Below, in pieces: positions 34,302-48,918 of a stretch of 64,000 nucleotides of DNA. The notes under the pieces are model-generated. The model made no database searches. It worked only from the letters and a program-made list of their open reading frames with translations, and was not told where the DNA came from. A program made the position numbers and the translations under genes. Source of the DNA: Calcarisporiella thermophila CBS 279.70 (lineage: Eukaryota > Fungi > Calcarisporiellomycota); contig NW_027192193.1 in assembly GCF_041956535.1 (NCBI RefSeq), positions 574,235 to 638,234 of the forward strand, given 5' to 3'. Position 1 is the stretch's first letter. Each line of letters starts with the position of its first letter.

Positions 34302-35826
34302 ATGTCCAAGACCAGCCTTAGCAACAAACTTTCCATCACCGATCTTGACTTGAAGGAAAAACGCGTGCTTATCCGGTAGGCTATCCATTTTACTCCCCAG
34401 CAAGGATACCTTTCTCTAATAAACCATCCATAGTGTTGACTTCAATGTCCCATTCCAAAATGGCAAAATTACGAATAACCAGCGCATTGTCGCAGCTCTT
34501 CCCACCATTCAACATGCTCTTGATAATGGCGCAAAAGCCGTTATCCTCATGAGCCATCTCGGAAGACCCAACGGAGAACGCGTTGAGAAATACTCCCTTA
34601 AGCCTGTAGCGGAAGAACTCTCCCATCTGATCAAAAAGGATGTACAATTCCTTGACGATTGCGTTGGTCCCGAGGTAGAAAAGATCTGCCAAAGTGCCTC
34701 AGGAGGTAATTCACATGATGTTTAGAGAATTGATGCGAGACTCTGAGCTAACCGCACTCTCTTGAATTCGTAGGCAAAGTTATTCTTCTGGAGAACCTTC
34801 GCTTCCACATTGAAGAGGAGGGATCGAGCAAAGACAAAGAAGGCAAAAAAACCAAAGCCTCCAAGGAGAATGTCGACAAATTCCGCCAGTCGCTCACAAA
34901 GCTGGGTGATGTCTATGTCAATGATGCCTTTGGCACTGCCCACCGTGCTCACAGGTAAATGCTATATGCTTGACAAGTTTGGAACGTCTTTAATCATATA
35001 TTTTTTTTGTTTTGTCTATAGCTCGATGGTTGGAGTGAATCTGCCTCAGAGGGCTGCTGGCTTTCTCATGAAAAAAGAGCTTGACTTCTTCTCTCGCGCG
35101 CTGGAGAACCCCGAGCGACCATTCCTTGCTATTCTAGGCGGTGCTAAAGTCTCCGACAAAATCCAGCTGATTGAGAACCTTCTTGACAAGGTCAATTCTA
35201 TGATTATTGGCGGAGGTATGGCCTTCACTTTTAAGAAGGTTCTCGAAAACGTGATGGTAAGGAAACTCTTGATTAAGGAAATTACGAGCCTCTGATAAAC
35301 AACTCTACTATTCATTTAGATCGGCAACTCTCTTTTCGATGAGGAGGGCGCCAAAACCGTTCCTACATTGATGGAAAAAGCGAAACAACGTAATGTCCAG
35401 ATCTATCTCCCGGTCGATTACGTAACAGCTAACAAATTCGCCGCTGATGCGGAGGCTGGATCCGCCACCGATGCTACTGGCATCCCCGATGGCTGGCTCG
35501 GGCTAGACGTCGGGCCGAAATCAGTGGAGTCTTTCCGCAAAGCCATTGCAGAGGCCAAGACCATCCTGTGGAACGGTCCCCCTGGAGTGTTTGAATTCGA
35601 AAAGTTCGCCGCGGCTACCAATGCTCTTGTGGATGCTTGCGCTGAGGCAACGAAGAGAGGAAATACCACCATTGTGGGCGGTGGAGATACTGCCACGGCG
35701 GTTGCAAAGGCCGGCAAGGAGGAGGAGTTCTCGCATGTGAGCACTGGAGGAGGTGCATCTCTGGAGTTGTTGGAAGGAAAGGAGTTACCAGGCGTGGTTG
35801 CCCTTTCGGAAAAATCCAAGGCGTGA
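34302..35826 (+). CDS. PGK1: Phosphoglycerate kinase
   Basis: [90 protein letters not shown]. Confidence 0.98.
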
Positions 35827-35963
35827 GGGGAATGAATCTTCATGTTAAATTGCATTGTTAAATAAAAACTCATCTATTGTGTTTACAACTATGTGTACAT
35901 TCAACATCCTCTGAATATCATCTTGGGGGTATTAGATATAGAAATGGTTTATTATGCAAACAA

Positions 35964-37490
35964 TCAAAGTTTTCTCCTCTTCTTACTCTTCACCTCCTCT
36001 TTCGTTTTTTTCTTCTTGGCACTCTCCGTTGTCTCTTGCGTCTCGTCCTTATCCTTCCTTGACCGCTTCTTTTCTGTTTTCTCCCCTCTAATTTCGCGCT
36101 CTTCTGCTTCGCTTTGGCTCTTTGTCTTCCCATTACTTGCCTCCATCTCCCCCTCCTTTCCTTTTTTACCATCTTTCTTTTTCTTACTCTTCTCACAACT
36201 CTCTACCGATGGTTGTTTCTTATGGTTCTTTTCCTTCTGCTCCTTCTTCTCCTTCTTTTCCTTCTTTTCCTTCTTTTCCTTCTTTTCCTTTTTTGTTTTC
36301 TTTCTATCTCTATCCTCGCCTGAATTAGGTTTCTCATTAACCTCGCTCTCGCCCTCACTATGCTCTTCAAGTTTACGTTTCTTTCCTGCCTGCTCTGATG
36401 AATCGGTATTGTCCTCTACTTTAGTATTTCCCGAAAATCCGAGTCCCATAGTCGGCATGCTCTCATTCTCATAATCCTCGCTATATGATAATGATCTCGA
36501 AGCTAGAGGTAATATACGTAAGTCTAAGTCGAATCAAATTAATATTTCAAGATGGGAATACATACAAAATCCGCTCCCAGCAATCCCTGTTACATTGAGT
36601 GATTTCATCTTCATTGCAAAATAATCCTGTACGCTGATGTTGTTAGTCTTCGTTTGAACTGTAGTTGTGGACGTGGGTTGTGGGGTTTCGGGGCCAGCGG
36701 AGGAAGATCGAGACGATGCTTCGCTTTCAGTTGCAGTGGCAGTCTGCTTAACGCCAAGAATTTGGTTGAGATCATGAGAGGAATAGTTTGAAACACGTTT
36801 GTTACGAAGGAATTTTGCGCGATGGCTAATGTTAAAAAAAAAAGCGATTAGAAAACTTCCTGCAAAATGAATTCAAATGATGATTGGAATTTACGCTAAA
36901 CGAATGGAACGAACGCTCCCATTATCACTACTGACTGCTACCTCCTCTGACTTTTGGGATATTACCTCCTCTTCACTCTCTTTCTCCTTCTCCTTTTCCT
37001 TCTCTTTCTCTTTCTTGCTCTTCTTTTCTTTTTTCTTTTTCTCCTTTTTACCTTTCGATCTAATTTTGTCGCTTTCTTCTTCACTATCGATCTTACCATT
37101 CTCTTCCTTTCCCTCTCCCTCCTCCTCTCTTTTTGGAGTCTCTTCTGCAGCACTCTCGTTTAACCCGGCTAAAATCTTTGAGAACTCATCTGTTCCAGTT
37201 AACCAGTTGTCAGCTGAATTCTTCGCTGCACCGATTCCAAGCAAATCTAGCTTCCGTGATACTTTGACATGTTCTGCAACGCCATCTTCGTTCATCCCTA
37301 ATCCTTTTCCAGGTGTCCAGCCCATCTTGGTGAGCATTTTGAATCCGAATTTAGAGGTATCTAAAGAGTTTGTTAATTAGATGAGTTGGAGACATAAGTT
37401 AATAGGCAAAGATCGGGTACCATTCGCCCAAGCAGTGTTGCGGGGGTCTTCACTTATACGTTGTTTATTCTTGGGGCCAGCGAGTCCCAT
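35964..37490 (-). CDS. PXR1: G-patch ribosome biogenesis factor Pxr1/PinX1
   Basis: MGLAGPKNKQRISEDPRNTAWAN, G-patch KFGFKMLTKMGWTPGKGLG...LGIGA, KKE-rich C-terminus; multi-exon. Confidence 0.88.
36240..36290. repeat. 9-bp coding tandem repeat encoding (KKE)n in PXR1
   Basis: TTCCTTCTT-type units on the + strand; KKEKKEKKEKKE in the translation. Confidence 0.75.
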
Positions 37491-37633
37491 ATTTTAATAA
37501 GGATAATGAATGAAGAGTTCAGTAGTTTGGAAGTTTAGCGAGAAGTCGTGGGCAAAGGATAAGAAAATTTGTGACTACTATTTACTATTTCATTCTCTAT
37601 ATCTCAGATATATATCAGAAGTTTAAGACGGTT

Positions 37634-38280
37634 TCATTTGAACTTCTCGCCCTGCAAGGTCACGACAATTTTACGAGTTCCCTATATTAAAAACCATCCC
37701 AAAGTAAATATCAGCACGTACCAATAAAGTAGAAAATAGACAATGCTGATAAGTGCAAATTCCATAAAACTTACTCCATGGTCGCGGTGCTCACAGAGCC
37801 AGATCCCTTGCCATGTCCCAAGATTCAGCTTTCCGTTTGAAATTGGAACGTTAAGTGAAACGCCAACTAAGGAACTCTTGACATGTCCCGGCATATCGTC
37901 TGGACCTTCCATGGTGTGGATATACGGGAACTACAGATAAAGAAAAATAAGGCCATTGACACCTTGAGTCTACCAGTCCGAACCGGATTCTCTTACATCT
38001 TCTCTGGCGATTTTATTAAGAGCCATCTCCATATCTTTTCTCACGTCGGGGCTATATAACCAGAGATGATTAGTTCTTTCCCGAAACACATATAGCAAAA
38101 GCAGAATGCTCACTCTGCATTTTCATTCAGACTTAGGCTGGCCGATGTATGCTGCAAAAACAAATTGGCCATGCCTATTTTATAATTCCGAAGCTCTGGA
38201 ATTTGATTCACAATTGAAGACGTGATGAGGTGACACCCCCTTGGACGAGATATGGTTACAGTCGTTTGATGCCAGGACAT
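37634..38280 (-). CDS. UPF0047/YjbQ family protein
   Basis: Spliced: [76 protein letters not shown]. Confidence 0.92.
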
Positions 38281-38872
38281 GATTTAAATATAGTGGAGAG
38301 TAATAAAAGCAAAAGAGCATATACGATTAAGGAAATCAACGAAAAATTGCCGTGTGCTGTGACGTAGATGGTACGTGATCTAGGTGGAATTGTATTTATT
38401 CTCTGACTCACAACCCTCTTCCTCCTTTCATTTTGCAAGTCCTCATCCTAATATTTCATTTCTCTTCCTGAGATTGAGCCCCCCACTTTCTGACTCAAGT
38501 GAATTTATATACTAATTATATTTCCTTTTGAAAGCCTGATTCCCTTGTTTCTACTATTATTTAATTTCACTGTTTTTATTATTCTGATTCTGACAACTCC
38601 ATTGCTCTACTTCTAGAACCACAAAACGCCAGAGCTCATTGGCACATTTAGTTGCTTCAATGCATAATTGGTCCCGCATCACCAAGTACGAAAGGAATCC
38701 TACCGTCCGCACGCTCGCTCTTTATCACATCGAATCTCCGACCCTTCTCTCTTTAATCTAAAGAATCACTTAAGAAATTACAATCGAATAGGTAATTGCC
38801 CCCACCAAAGTTTAATATATAGCCTCTTTTATTTTACATGGATGCTTATTTCATTTGAATCGTTTCCAGTTT

Positions 38873-39811
38873 ATGCCGAACATGTACCCCTCGCCCACTC
38901 TCTCTGACCCTTCTGCTCCAGAAACACCCGTCAAGAAGCCTGTTGCCAAAACCACTTGCTCCCACTGTGGAACCACCTCAACCCCGCTTTGGCGCCGCTC
39001 TCCTGAAGGCCAAACGATCTGCAATGCCTGTGGCCTTTACTACAAGGCACGTAATAAAAAGCGCCCCCACTGGCTTAAACACTTGAGTTCTCGACGCCTT
39101 GGTCACGACGATACCCCAGCCGATATGGACTGCGACAATAAAGAAATATCAGACTTGAACCCTGGCCATGAGCAGGAAGAATCGGAGCAAGAAGGCGCTG
39201 CTGCAGCCACGGATATGGAGCGGGATCGAACTATGATTTGCTCCAACTGTGGGACTACGCAAACACCCCTTTGGCGCCGAAACGAGCAAGGCTGCACGAT
39301 TTGCAATGCCTGTGGACTCTATTACAAGCTACATCGCAAGCACCGCCCCGTCAGTATGAAGCGCACTGAGATCAAGCGGCGCAAGCGTTCCGTAGCTAAT
39401 TCCATCAATTCTGTTTCTGGTGCTCTTTCCACCTCCACTCCCCGAGCCATTACTGCTCGCGTGATCATGCCTCTGCTTCCGAGCCGAGCAGAGAAGACTG
39501 TGGCTTTTAGCAGAAAAATCAGTGACGATTGGAGTGGAGAGGAGAGCGGCGATGGGGTTGGAATCTCGGTGGCCGCTGGAGTGCTGAAAATGAGTGAAAG
39601 GGCCGGAAGCATTCCATCCCTTCTTAATCCAGCCACTCCCCCCCTCTCACCTGTCCAGTGCCCGCTTTCAATTCCATTTGAACGTTTGGGCTCAACTAAG
39701 CCTCAGTGGGACCACGGGATGCGCCTTCCCCCCTTGTTGACCACGGGCACTGGAGGTGCTAGGAGCATCGCACTTCCTCCTTTGAAGGCATTCGTGTGTA
39801 GACAGGTTTAA
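38873..39811 (+). CDS. GATA transcription factor with two zinc fingers (SreA/Fep1/Urbs1-like)
   Basis: Two CX2CX17CX2C fingers (CSHCGTTSTPLWRR..ICNACGLYYKAR; CSNCGTTQTPLWRR..ICNACGLYYKLH..RPVSMKRTEIKRRKR). Confidence 0.9.
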   Translation: MPNMYPSPTLSDPSAPETPVKKPVAKTTCSHCGTTSTPLWRRSPEGQTICNACGLYYKARNKKRPHWLKHLSSRRLGHDDTPADMDCDNKEISDLNPGHEQEESEQEGAAAATDMERDRTMICSNCGTTQTPLWRRNEQGCTICNACGLYYKLHRKHRPVSMKRTEIKRRKRSVANSINSVSGALSTSTPRAITARVIMPLLPSRAEKTVAFSRKISDDWSGEESGDGVGISVAAGVLKMSERAGSIPSLLNPATPPLSPVQCPLSIPFERLGSTKPQWDHGMRLPPLLTTGTGGARSIALPPLKAFVCRQV

Positions 39812-40238
39812 TGCAGCTGTGCGGATTTCAGGATCCTTATCCAACCTTATCTGTTGATTCAACTTCCTTTTTGCAGAGCGGCGTAACGGAATTATCCAAT
39901 TAATGCCACCATTAATATCATGCCTTTTTTTTCCCTTCCTCAGATGGTTATTCTCTCAATCTTAGCCTTCTTAGTTTGATACTCATACATTATGTGTTCT
40001 GTTTTTATGAAGAAATGCTGGATTCCTTCGTAGCTTCCTTTCAAAGCCCATTTATAGTATATTAAATTATTCACCCTTAGTGGAAACTCATTTTGTATTA
40101 TCTCAAAATCTTGAAGTCCTACAGGTTAGCGGATACATGTGGGGGGGGGGGGGAGGGAGCCAGGAAATGTTCATACAAAACATTACAAAACAGAAAAATA
40201 ATGAGGATTAAGATTCAAAGTTCTAAGAGATAATGAGA

Positions 40239-41812
<1,574 letters not shown>

Positions 41813-41960
41813 TTACTGATTTATTGATATTTCAAGACATTTATAAAAATATAAAATAATTAAGAGGAACAAAAAGCGAAGCATCAAAGCACGAGGTTCT
41901 TCAACAGGGTTAGATATGAATGAGCGGATTGGATATGGCAAAATAGGGATGTAATGCGAT

Positions 41961-42759
41961 CTATAGAAGGAACGAGATCCCTACAGCAATAAAGATCGCA
42001 AGAGGGCTAACCCCCATAGTAGCTGCAGAGCTGTACATGTTGTAGCTTGCGGTCATCTGCGGGAGACTTCCGGTGACCGTTTGCATTACTACCACAGGGT
42101 TTGTATCTTCAGCAGGTGGAAGAGATGCCGTCGCAGTTGCAAACACTACTGAAGGAGCTCTCGTGGTCGACAGAGACGAGGATGGCACTTGGGAAGATGA
42201 AAATAGAGAACCTGATACTAGACTACTGGAACTAACCAGGTTGGAAGAAGACGACGCCGCTGTAAGAACGCTCGTTTTTCCTTGGTCCGAGTTAGCAGCG
42301 ACCCCTTCCACAGCGTTGGGAACTACTGTTCCAAGCAAGCCGCCTAACAAACCGCTCCCAGTTTCCCCGGAGTCGCTCGCAACATTTCCACTCTGATTGT
42401 CGGGAGCGGTTTGAGTATTAACTGACTTGTCAGCATTGTCTGGCTGAGCTTTGGTACCAACAACGTTGGCATTCTTGATCTTTTTCTTGTTCCCAGCTTT
42501 CTTCTTTTTGCCTTTAGGAGCGGTGGGCAGCTTTTGAGGGGGAGGAGATCCAATGATGCCATCAAGCAATCCTCGCCTATCGACATCAATACCTTGAACT
42601 GTACCAAGAATAAATCCTGTGTTCCAATATTTTTAGAATATACAATGAGCTACCTTGAGGAATGAGGGCGTCCACATCGATATAGGATCTCTGTCCTTCC
42701 ACAGCCACTGCCAGCATGACCGCACTGCAAAGAGTGAGCGAGAGGAGGGTTGGCTTCAT
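41961..42759 (-). CDS. Secreted Ser/Thr-rich, probably GPI-anchored cell-surface protein
   Basis: Signal peptide MKPTLLSLTLCSAVMLAVAVEG, one intron, lysine cluster, S/T-rich body, C-terminal SSAATMGVSPLAIFIAVGISFLL. Confidence 0.7.
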
Positions 42760-43529
42760 CAGGATAAGGACAGAGGAGGGAAGGGTAAGGATTGGAGTTG
42801 GGTAAGAAATAAAGAAGGGAGAGGAGAGTCGTGTATCGCAGTCTCCGTGCAAAAGATTACTGAAGTGAAGGGAGTGATGAGGCTACAAGGCGAGAGAAGA
42901 AAAAAACAAGAGAAACCAGCCAAACACAATAAGTGGAAAGCTAAAAATAAAAAGCAAGTAGCGAGGAAAACAATCATCATGTTTAATGACAAAATGTCGC
43001 ACCGTCTCGATTTAATTAAAACTGTCGTTGAATTTGATCCGAGTTGCCTCGGGCTTGAGAAGGGTGGAATTGATGCTCCATTTGATCGAACACAAAATTC
43101 TCAAACAACCCCTCTGCACCACTCAAGGGAGCCACAAATTCAAGTTATTGCTTACACGGTGGTGTGTGCTTGTTTGAGGTTTTAGTGTTCGAAAATCTCA
43201 ATTTCCGTGAGCATTTCAGACGGTTTAAGAGCCCCCCTCTGCCCTCCCCTCTGTCCAATCATTTCTCAATGGAAATGATGACGTTGACAGATCTTTGAGA
43301 GAGCAAAGTCTGACTCTCCCATCAAGAGCGATGAGCCCCCTCTTCGTCTCGTCTCAGTAAAATTTACCTTGCAGCCCTGGCCACCGACAGATTTTCTCTG
43401 TTTTAAAATTTCATCCCATTTTCAAAAGACGACTGCATGCTAGATCGTTAATGTCACGATCTTGACCTGATTATTTTACTCAATCCCCAAAAAAGAAATT
43501 AGCTTTGAATTGAAAAGCGACACACTGGA

Positions 43530-46326
43530 ATGGCAGAAGACGTGTCTGCCCCGTCGATCACAGATCATCGCAAGGATCCACCTCTCCAAGACGATGATGA
43601 GGACGATGCCGCTACAATAATCGCTGATTGGGAGCCGCAAAACATTGATTCACTCCCCCCGCTGGCCCCAATCACTACCACTTCTACCTCAAACACTAGC
43701 ATGATCACGGCAAACAAGATGATCCCCGCAACTGAAAGTTCGACTACACAATCGTTAGCATTGGATGCTCGATCTACGACGGGATCTTCGCTCTCCTCCA
43801 TGCCGAAGGAATCTACTAAGCGTAAACGTCGTCCTAAGGATAAACGTCCCGGTCGTAGACCTACAGTCATCTTGGATCGGTCGGTTATCATGGCGATAAT
43901 GGATCATGTGTTGTCATCACCCATTTTTGAGGCAAGAGGCTATTTGGGCGGTGCAGTGATTGATGGCACTTCCATAGGATCCGAGTACTCAGGGAGAGTG
44001 CTGCGTATTTCCCATTTCTATCCGTCTGAAAGGTAATGCTTGAATCAATTCACTCATGATTTCATTGTGAAGAATCCAACTAGTATTTTTTTTTTTAGAT
44101 TAATACCTTCGCTTCTGACAGACGATCTCGAAGAGGCGCCCGGTAATCTTGAAAAAGCCGAGCAAATGTTCAATCAAAATGGGCTAATCTGTGTTGGATG
44201 GTATAGAAGGTATTTTTTTAACATTTGATGTAATTGATGATCAGAATATATGGATTGAGGGTCATATTTGTTTATTTGACAGTGATCGAGGATCTGGGGT
44301 ACTTTCGCCCACCACAAAGGATCTTAAACAGCAAGTAGAACTTCAGTCCAAGGTTTGATTGATATATTAAGCTTTAAGCTCAATATTTGGATAATTGAGA
44401 ATCTTCTCCTTTAGATCCCTTTGGCAGTTGGCATGCTGTTACGCGCCTTTAACACTACACAAATTTCGCCTGCAACGAGCGATATGGATATAGGGGTACA
44501 TTCGCACTATGATTTAAGTTTGTTCGAAGCAACTCTGGGCGAAGTTAAGGAGCCGCATGCTGAGATGAAAGACCTCGGGAATGCAAAAGAGCAGGATCTC
44601 ACCCACACCCCACGCATCTCTAAAGGAACCGCTCACATTCTAGATTATCATATCCATCGACAGGCCTATTCAGATCCTTCTATTTTACAGCAATCAGCAC
44701 AAACTTTACTTGTAAATTAGTTTTTTTTTTCTATTGACTTTTTCCATTTCGCATTTACATCTAAATCACTCACAAAGGTCACGATGCGCGAAATGAACCA
44801 GGCCTATGCTGCTCAAGTCTTAGACTGCGAAAATCGTACGGGGCAACGCTTATTCGTAGACACACATTATGAAGGCTACTTGGTTCAGTTTTGGAGAGAC
44901 AGCGTCATTCGGGTAAGAATGATTGCTTTTATCACGGACTGCTCTATTCAGCTCATCGAATTCTTATTCTAGTTGAGAAAATCGATTGATCAAGACTTCA
45001 CATCCCTGGCTCTTAGCAAAATTCAATTAAAGCGCACTATCGCAGATCGGATAGAGAACATACTACATCTCTATCAGCAACCCCAACGGCAAGCTGGTGA
45101 AAGGAGAAATAGCAACATCAAGTCTAGCAGCTCCAATTTGTCAGCCGAAGAATTAAGGACTAAATTGTTGACCACCATAAACAAGGTTGGTCGTTTATTT
45201 TTCTCTTGATTCTGTTTTGGTAGATCATGGTGCTTACTAAATATTTTCTTCTTCCAATCAGATGGTGAACGAAAAATTACAATCAGCCTCTAATAAATCG
45301 TCTGGAGCCCGCCAAAAGCGCCGTCATATTTATGTGAACGGAGCGTCCTCACGCAGCATCGACGATGAAAATGACCGGAAAGAGCCTGGAGAGGAGGCTG
45401 AACGGCAGAGAAATTTAAGCTCGGAGCGGACATCTATCAAACGGATTCACCGAAGAAGTCAATCCTCAAACGAATTTCAGATTTCCCCTGAAGCTAAAAA
45501 GACCAAATATGAATTTCCCGTACCGAATGGCCGTGCCCCATCGCCTCCACCTCCTGGCTCAAAATTCTCACCACATTCAGCTGTGAAGATGCCTGTTCCA
45601 CTACCCCAACTCCCTCATATTCCTGCATCGAACTTGGGGTCCTCCTCCTCATACTTCTACTCACAGCACCAATACTCGCAATATCCTTCGCATGGCCGAT
45701 ATGCAACCAGCCCTACGGAATCATGGAACTCCTCCCCACAATACACATATGGTCAAAATGCACCCGAACCGCCAATGATTCCACGTCGAGCCACCATCCC
45801 TGGAGGACCCCTTGTGGAATCAACCCTCTCTCCCACTTCCCCTAGGCTCTCCACCTCCACTCCTACACAAGCCCCTTCTACATCACCCAACACTACCGCA
45901 ACATCAACCCCTATGAGCTTAACACAGCCTTCTTCACATTCTCCAGGGGCTAACTCACAGCCAATGAAGAGAACGAATAGCGCAGGAGGTGGGGACGTGC
46001 ATTTGCCTGGTATTCGTTCACTGCTTTTAGAGCCATCTGCTTTTTCTCCAGTAGGCCTCCCCTCCTACTCTCCCACAACACCTTCTTCCTCATACCAATA
46101 CCCAGTGCCACCACCACCCCCTCCACCTTCCTCTGCCCAGCCACAGACCCCTCTTCCCCCACAAACTCCGCAGGGGCACTCTTCCCATTCTCTTGGAAAA
46201 AATTCCCCTTCACATTCCCCATCATCCCAACCTCCACCATCCTCCTCATCGGCCCCCTACAATCCACTTGGGTCGCCGGTGACTAGTGGCTCAACCCTGC
46301 TCCCTTCGACAAATTCACCCCCTTGA
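43530..46326 (+). CDS. MPN (JAB1/Mov34) domain protein with degenerate JAMM motif and Pro/Ser-rich C-terminus
   Basis: Spliced N-terminal domain VILDRSVIMAIMDH...EARGYLGG...LRISHFYP...NGLICVGWYRSDRGSGVLSPTTKDLKQQ; about 7 exons; disordered tail. Confidence 0.7.
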
Positions 46327-46871
46327 GTATTCTTACCTTTGTAATGGTGGTTTAGTTTTGTGTTTCTTTCCTCAAATGTCTTTATCTTACAAATGGGAGG
46401 CAAGGAAGTTTTGTTTTTTATTTGCAAAAATGGCAGATTTCCGTGAAGTTTGCATTTCTATCTCTTCTCCGACTCTTTGTTAGTTCAACCATCTCCTCCC
46501 TCCCTTTTTCCCTTTTGTTTTACATATTTGTTACATTTATTGCTCTTTTCTTCTCCTACTCTTGTTGATAATACTCATTTGATTAAAAAGGCTTTTTTTC
46601 GAGAATTTTCTATTATTATTAGAGTAACCACTGCGGTAGAATCGGTGTATAACTACTTTAAATGTATCAACCTACATTCAAGCAAAAATATATATAAACA
46701 GTCACTAGAGGAAGATATAAGGAAGGTGGTGATTCGCTGGTATTCTATAAAGCACAAAAAATAACCATATACTAAGGGATAAACGAAAGGGGTAATTGCA
46801 AATTTCACACAAAAAAAAAGGACAGATATCACAAAATACCAAGATAACTTCGAAAGAATGGACGAGTTTCC

Positions 46872-48918
46872 TCACAATTGATAGCTCTCCACCTTTAGGG
46901 CTTCCAATTGCATGATCGAATCATACAACCAATTTTCTGATACAACTCCTTCACCTACTCTCCCTAGCACTACATCAGCGTCTTCCCGTTGATCTACCAC
47001 ACGGGCTCCGACCAATTCTAGGAGCTTACTAATCTGTTCCGGGGAGGCCTTCACACCACCAGGTATGATGTGGACCGACCACCCTGTCAGGAATTCTACG
47101 CGTGGAGTTTGATTTTGTCGTCGCTTGTTCTGGCAAATCTCGCGTGCTCGAGGAGCAGCGGGAAACCAGGAAGAGCGTTCATAGGGCCCTTCAGGGATAT
47201 AGCAGTCTCGTTCTAAAGATGCAAAGATCCTATGGGGTACCCGGCAGTTAATTCGTCATTGAAATCAGCCAACAAGCTTAAATTTCTTCTTACCAGTCGG
47301 GCGATAAAATCCATGCTCCACAAATTAGCCCCACCATCAGTGAGTAGGTCCGTCGATTCGCACCCACAATCACATGGCTTGTGCGTTCATCTGCCACGGA
47401 AGCAATTGCATAATTTCCACCTAGTTGCCGCACTAGCGTTGTACAGACATCGCGTGCAGCATTCTCTAGACTAGTTGTGACGATGGTGGAGGTGATGGCA
47501 AGTGGCGCCATAGAACGTCGCCGTGATAGGCTTCGAGTTAAGCGTGGAGAGGAGATAACACGCTGTTCATCTAAAATGCCAACAGGAAGTGAATTGCCTG
47601 GAGCCGGACCTGAAACGTTTGCGTTGTCTTCACGCTTCCGCTTAAGCGGCCTTGCAACAAGCTCTTCACCATTCACGGAGATGGAAGGCTGAGATACATT
47701 AACGGAGGAAGTGGGGCTGGGTGTGATTATATTATAACTTGCTAGTTTAACATTATGATCCTTAGATGATACATCCTTTGGGATCAACTTGGCATCAAAT
47801 GATAATTTCACAGGTGATTTTTTCTCGATGTCTGGTGTACACGATGGTTGCTTCACGGGCGATATCGAATTCTGTCGTGATGATATTTTTAATGGTGACA
47901 GACCAACGGATAACTTTCCGCCGATTGAATCAGAGGAATTATTTCTGGGTATATTGGAAGAGCGGTGAGCTGCGAACGTTTTGCGTCGTTCCTCCTCGGC
48001 TCTCTTGTTTGTGCCGAGACCGAATGATTCGTCATCAGTAGGATCCCAGAAAGAAGCGGCGCTTGTGAAGTTAAACGGAACAAACATAGATCTGCGCCTA
48101 GAGGATTCTTCTGTATTTGTATCTATAGAGGTGTTCTCTAAAGAGATTGAAGCAAGCAACACTATTAATATGATTATTGGGGCCGATACAAATATACACA
48201 TAATAAATACTTGCCTGATTTTTTTATCGTTGATATACGACGCTTCTCGCCCCATTCTAACTGTCTCAATTTTGAAGGCTCCATGGATTTACGGCGTTTG
48301 ATGGCTCGGGGGAGATCACCGAACTGAACAAGATAATCTGATTCCTCTACATGACGATTCTCCTCTTGACAGCTATTTAGATATGAAATATAAGCCAAAA
48401 TCATATACTCTTGAAACAAATACCGTTATACCTTAGCAACCAAAGCAAATTTACAATGTATATTTTTTGAGGCGCATGAAGTGCTTTTTGAAAGATGCTC
48501 TTGGATCCATTTTTAAATATGAGATGAGTCACGGATTCTAATATCAATTGAAGATGGATGTGAAAAAACAAGGCCAATTCCAATGAAATTTCAAACACAC
48601 ACCAGTAAGACTCTTTCTGATCTATCACGATAACATAAAAGGAGAAAATTAGACTAACAAAAGGATATAATTGTAAACATTGGATCTCACCTTTCCTCCC
48701 ATTCCTTTTACAATTGGCTCAAAGGTATCAGAGGCATCTGCACCATCCTCTGTATACACTTCAAGGCACGCAATTACGCCATCCAGCACTCCAGTCTTCC
48801 TAGGTGTAGAGGAGGAAGAAGAGCTCCGTGAACTTTTATTCTCACCCTCAGTGGACTTCTTAGAAGTAATATCTCTCTTTTGCACCCGCCGGACTGGTCT
48901 ACGAGGAGAGCGAAACAT
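46872..48918 (-). CDS. MCPH1: Microcephalin-like protein (N-terminal BRCT plus C-terminal tandem BRCT)
   Basis: VLDGVIACLEVYTEDG..MGGKV..VTHLIFKNG..IVNLLW; TIVTTSL..TSHVIVGANRRTYSLMVGLICGAWILSPDW..FPAAP; VSENWLYDSI. Colinear with animal MCPH1 BRCT1-3 as recalled. Confidence 0.78.

Noticed and set aside
35893-37380. Phe/Ser-rich 'membrane protein' ORFs on the + strand
   Set aside because: Antisense of the KKE repeats of PXR1.
43275-43334. Possible C/D box snoRNA (ATGATGA...CTGA)
   Set aside because: Boxes only ~35 nt apart, no terminal stem and no recognisable rRNA-complementary guide.
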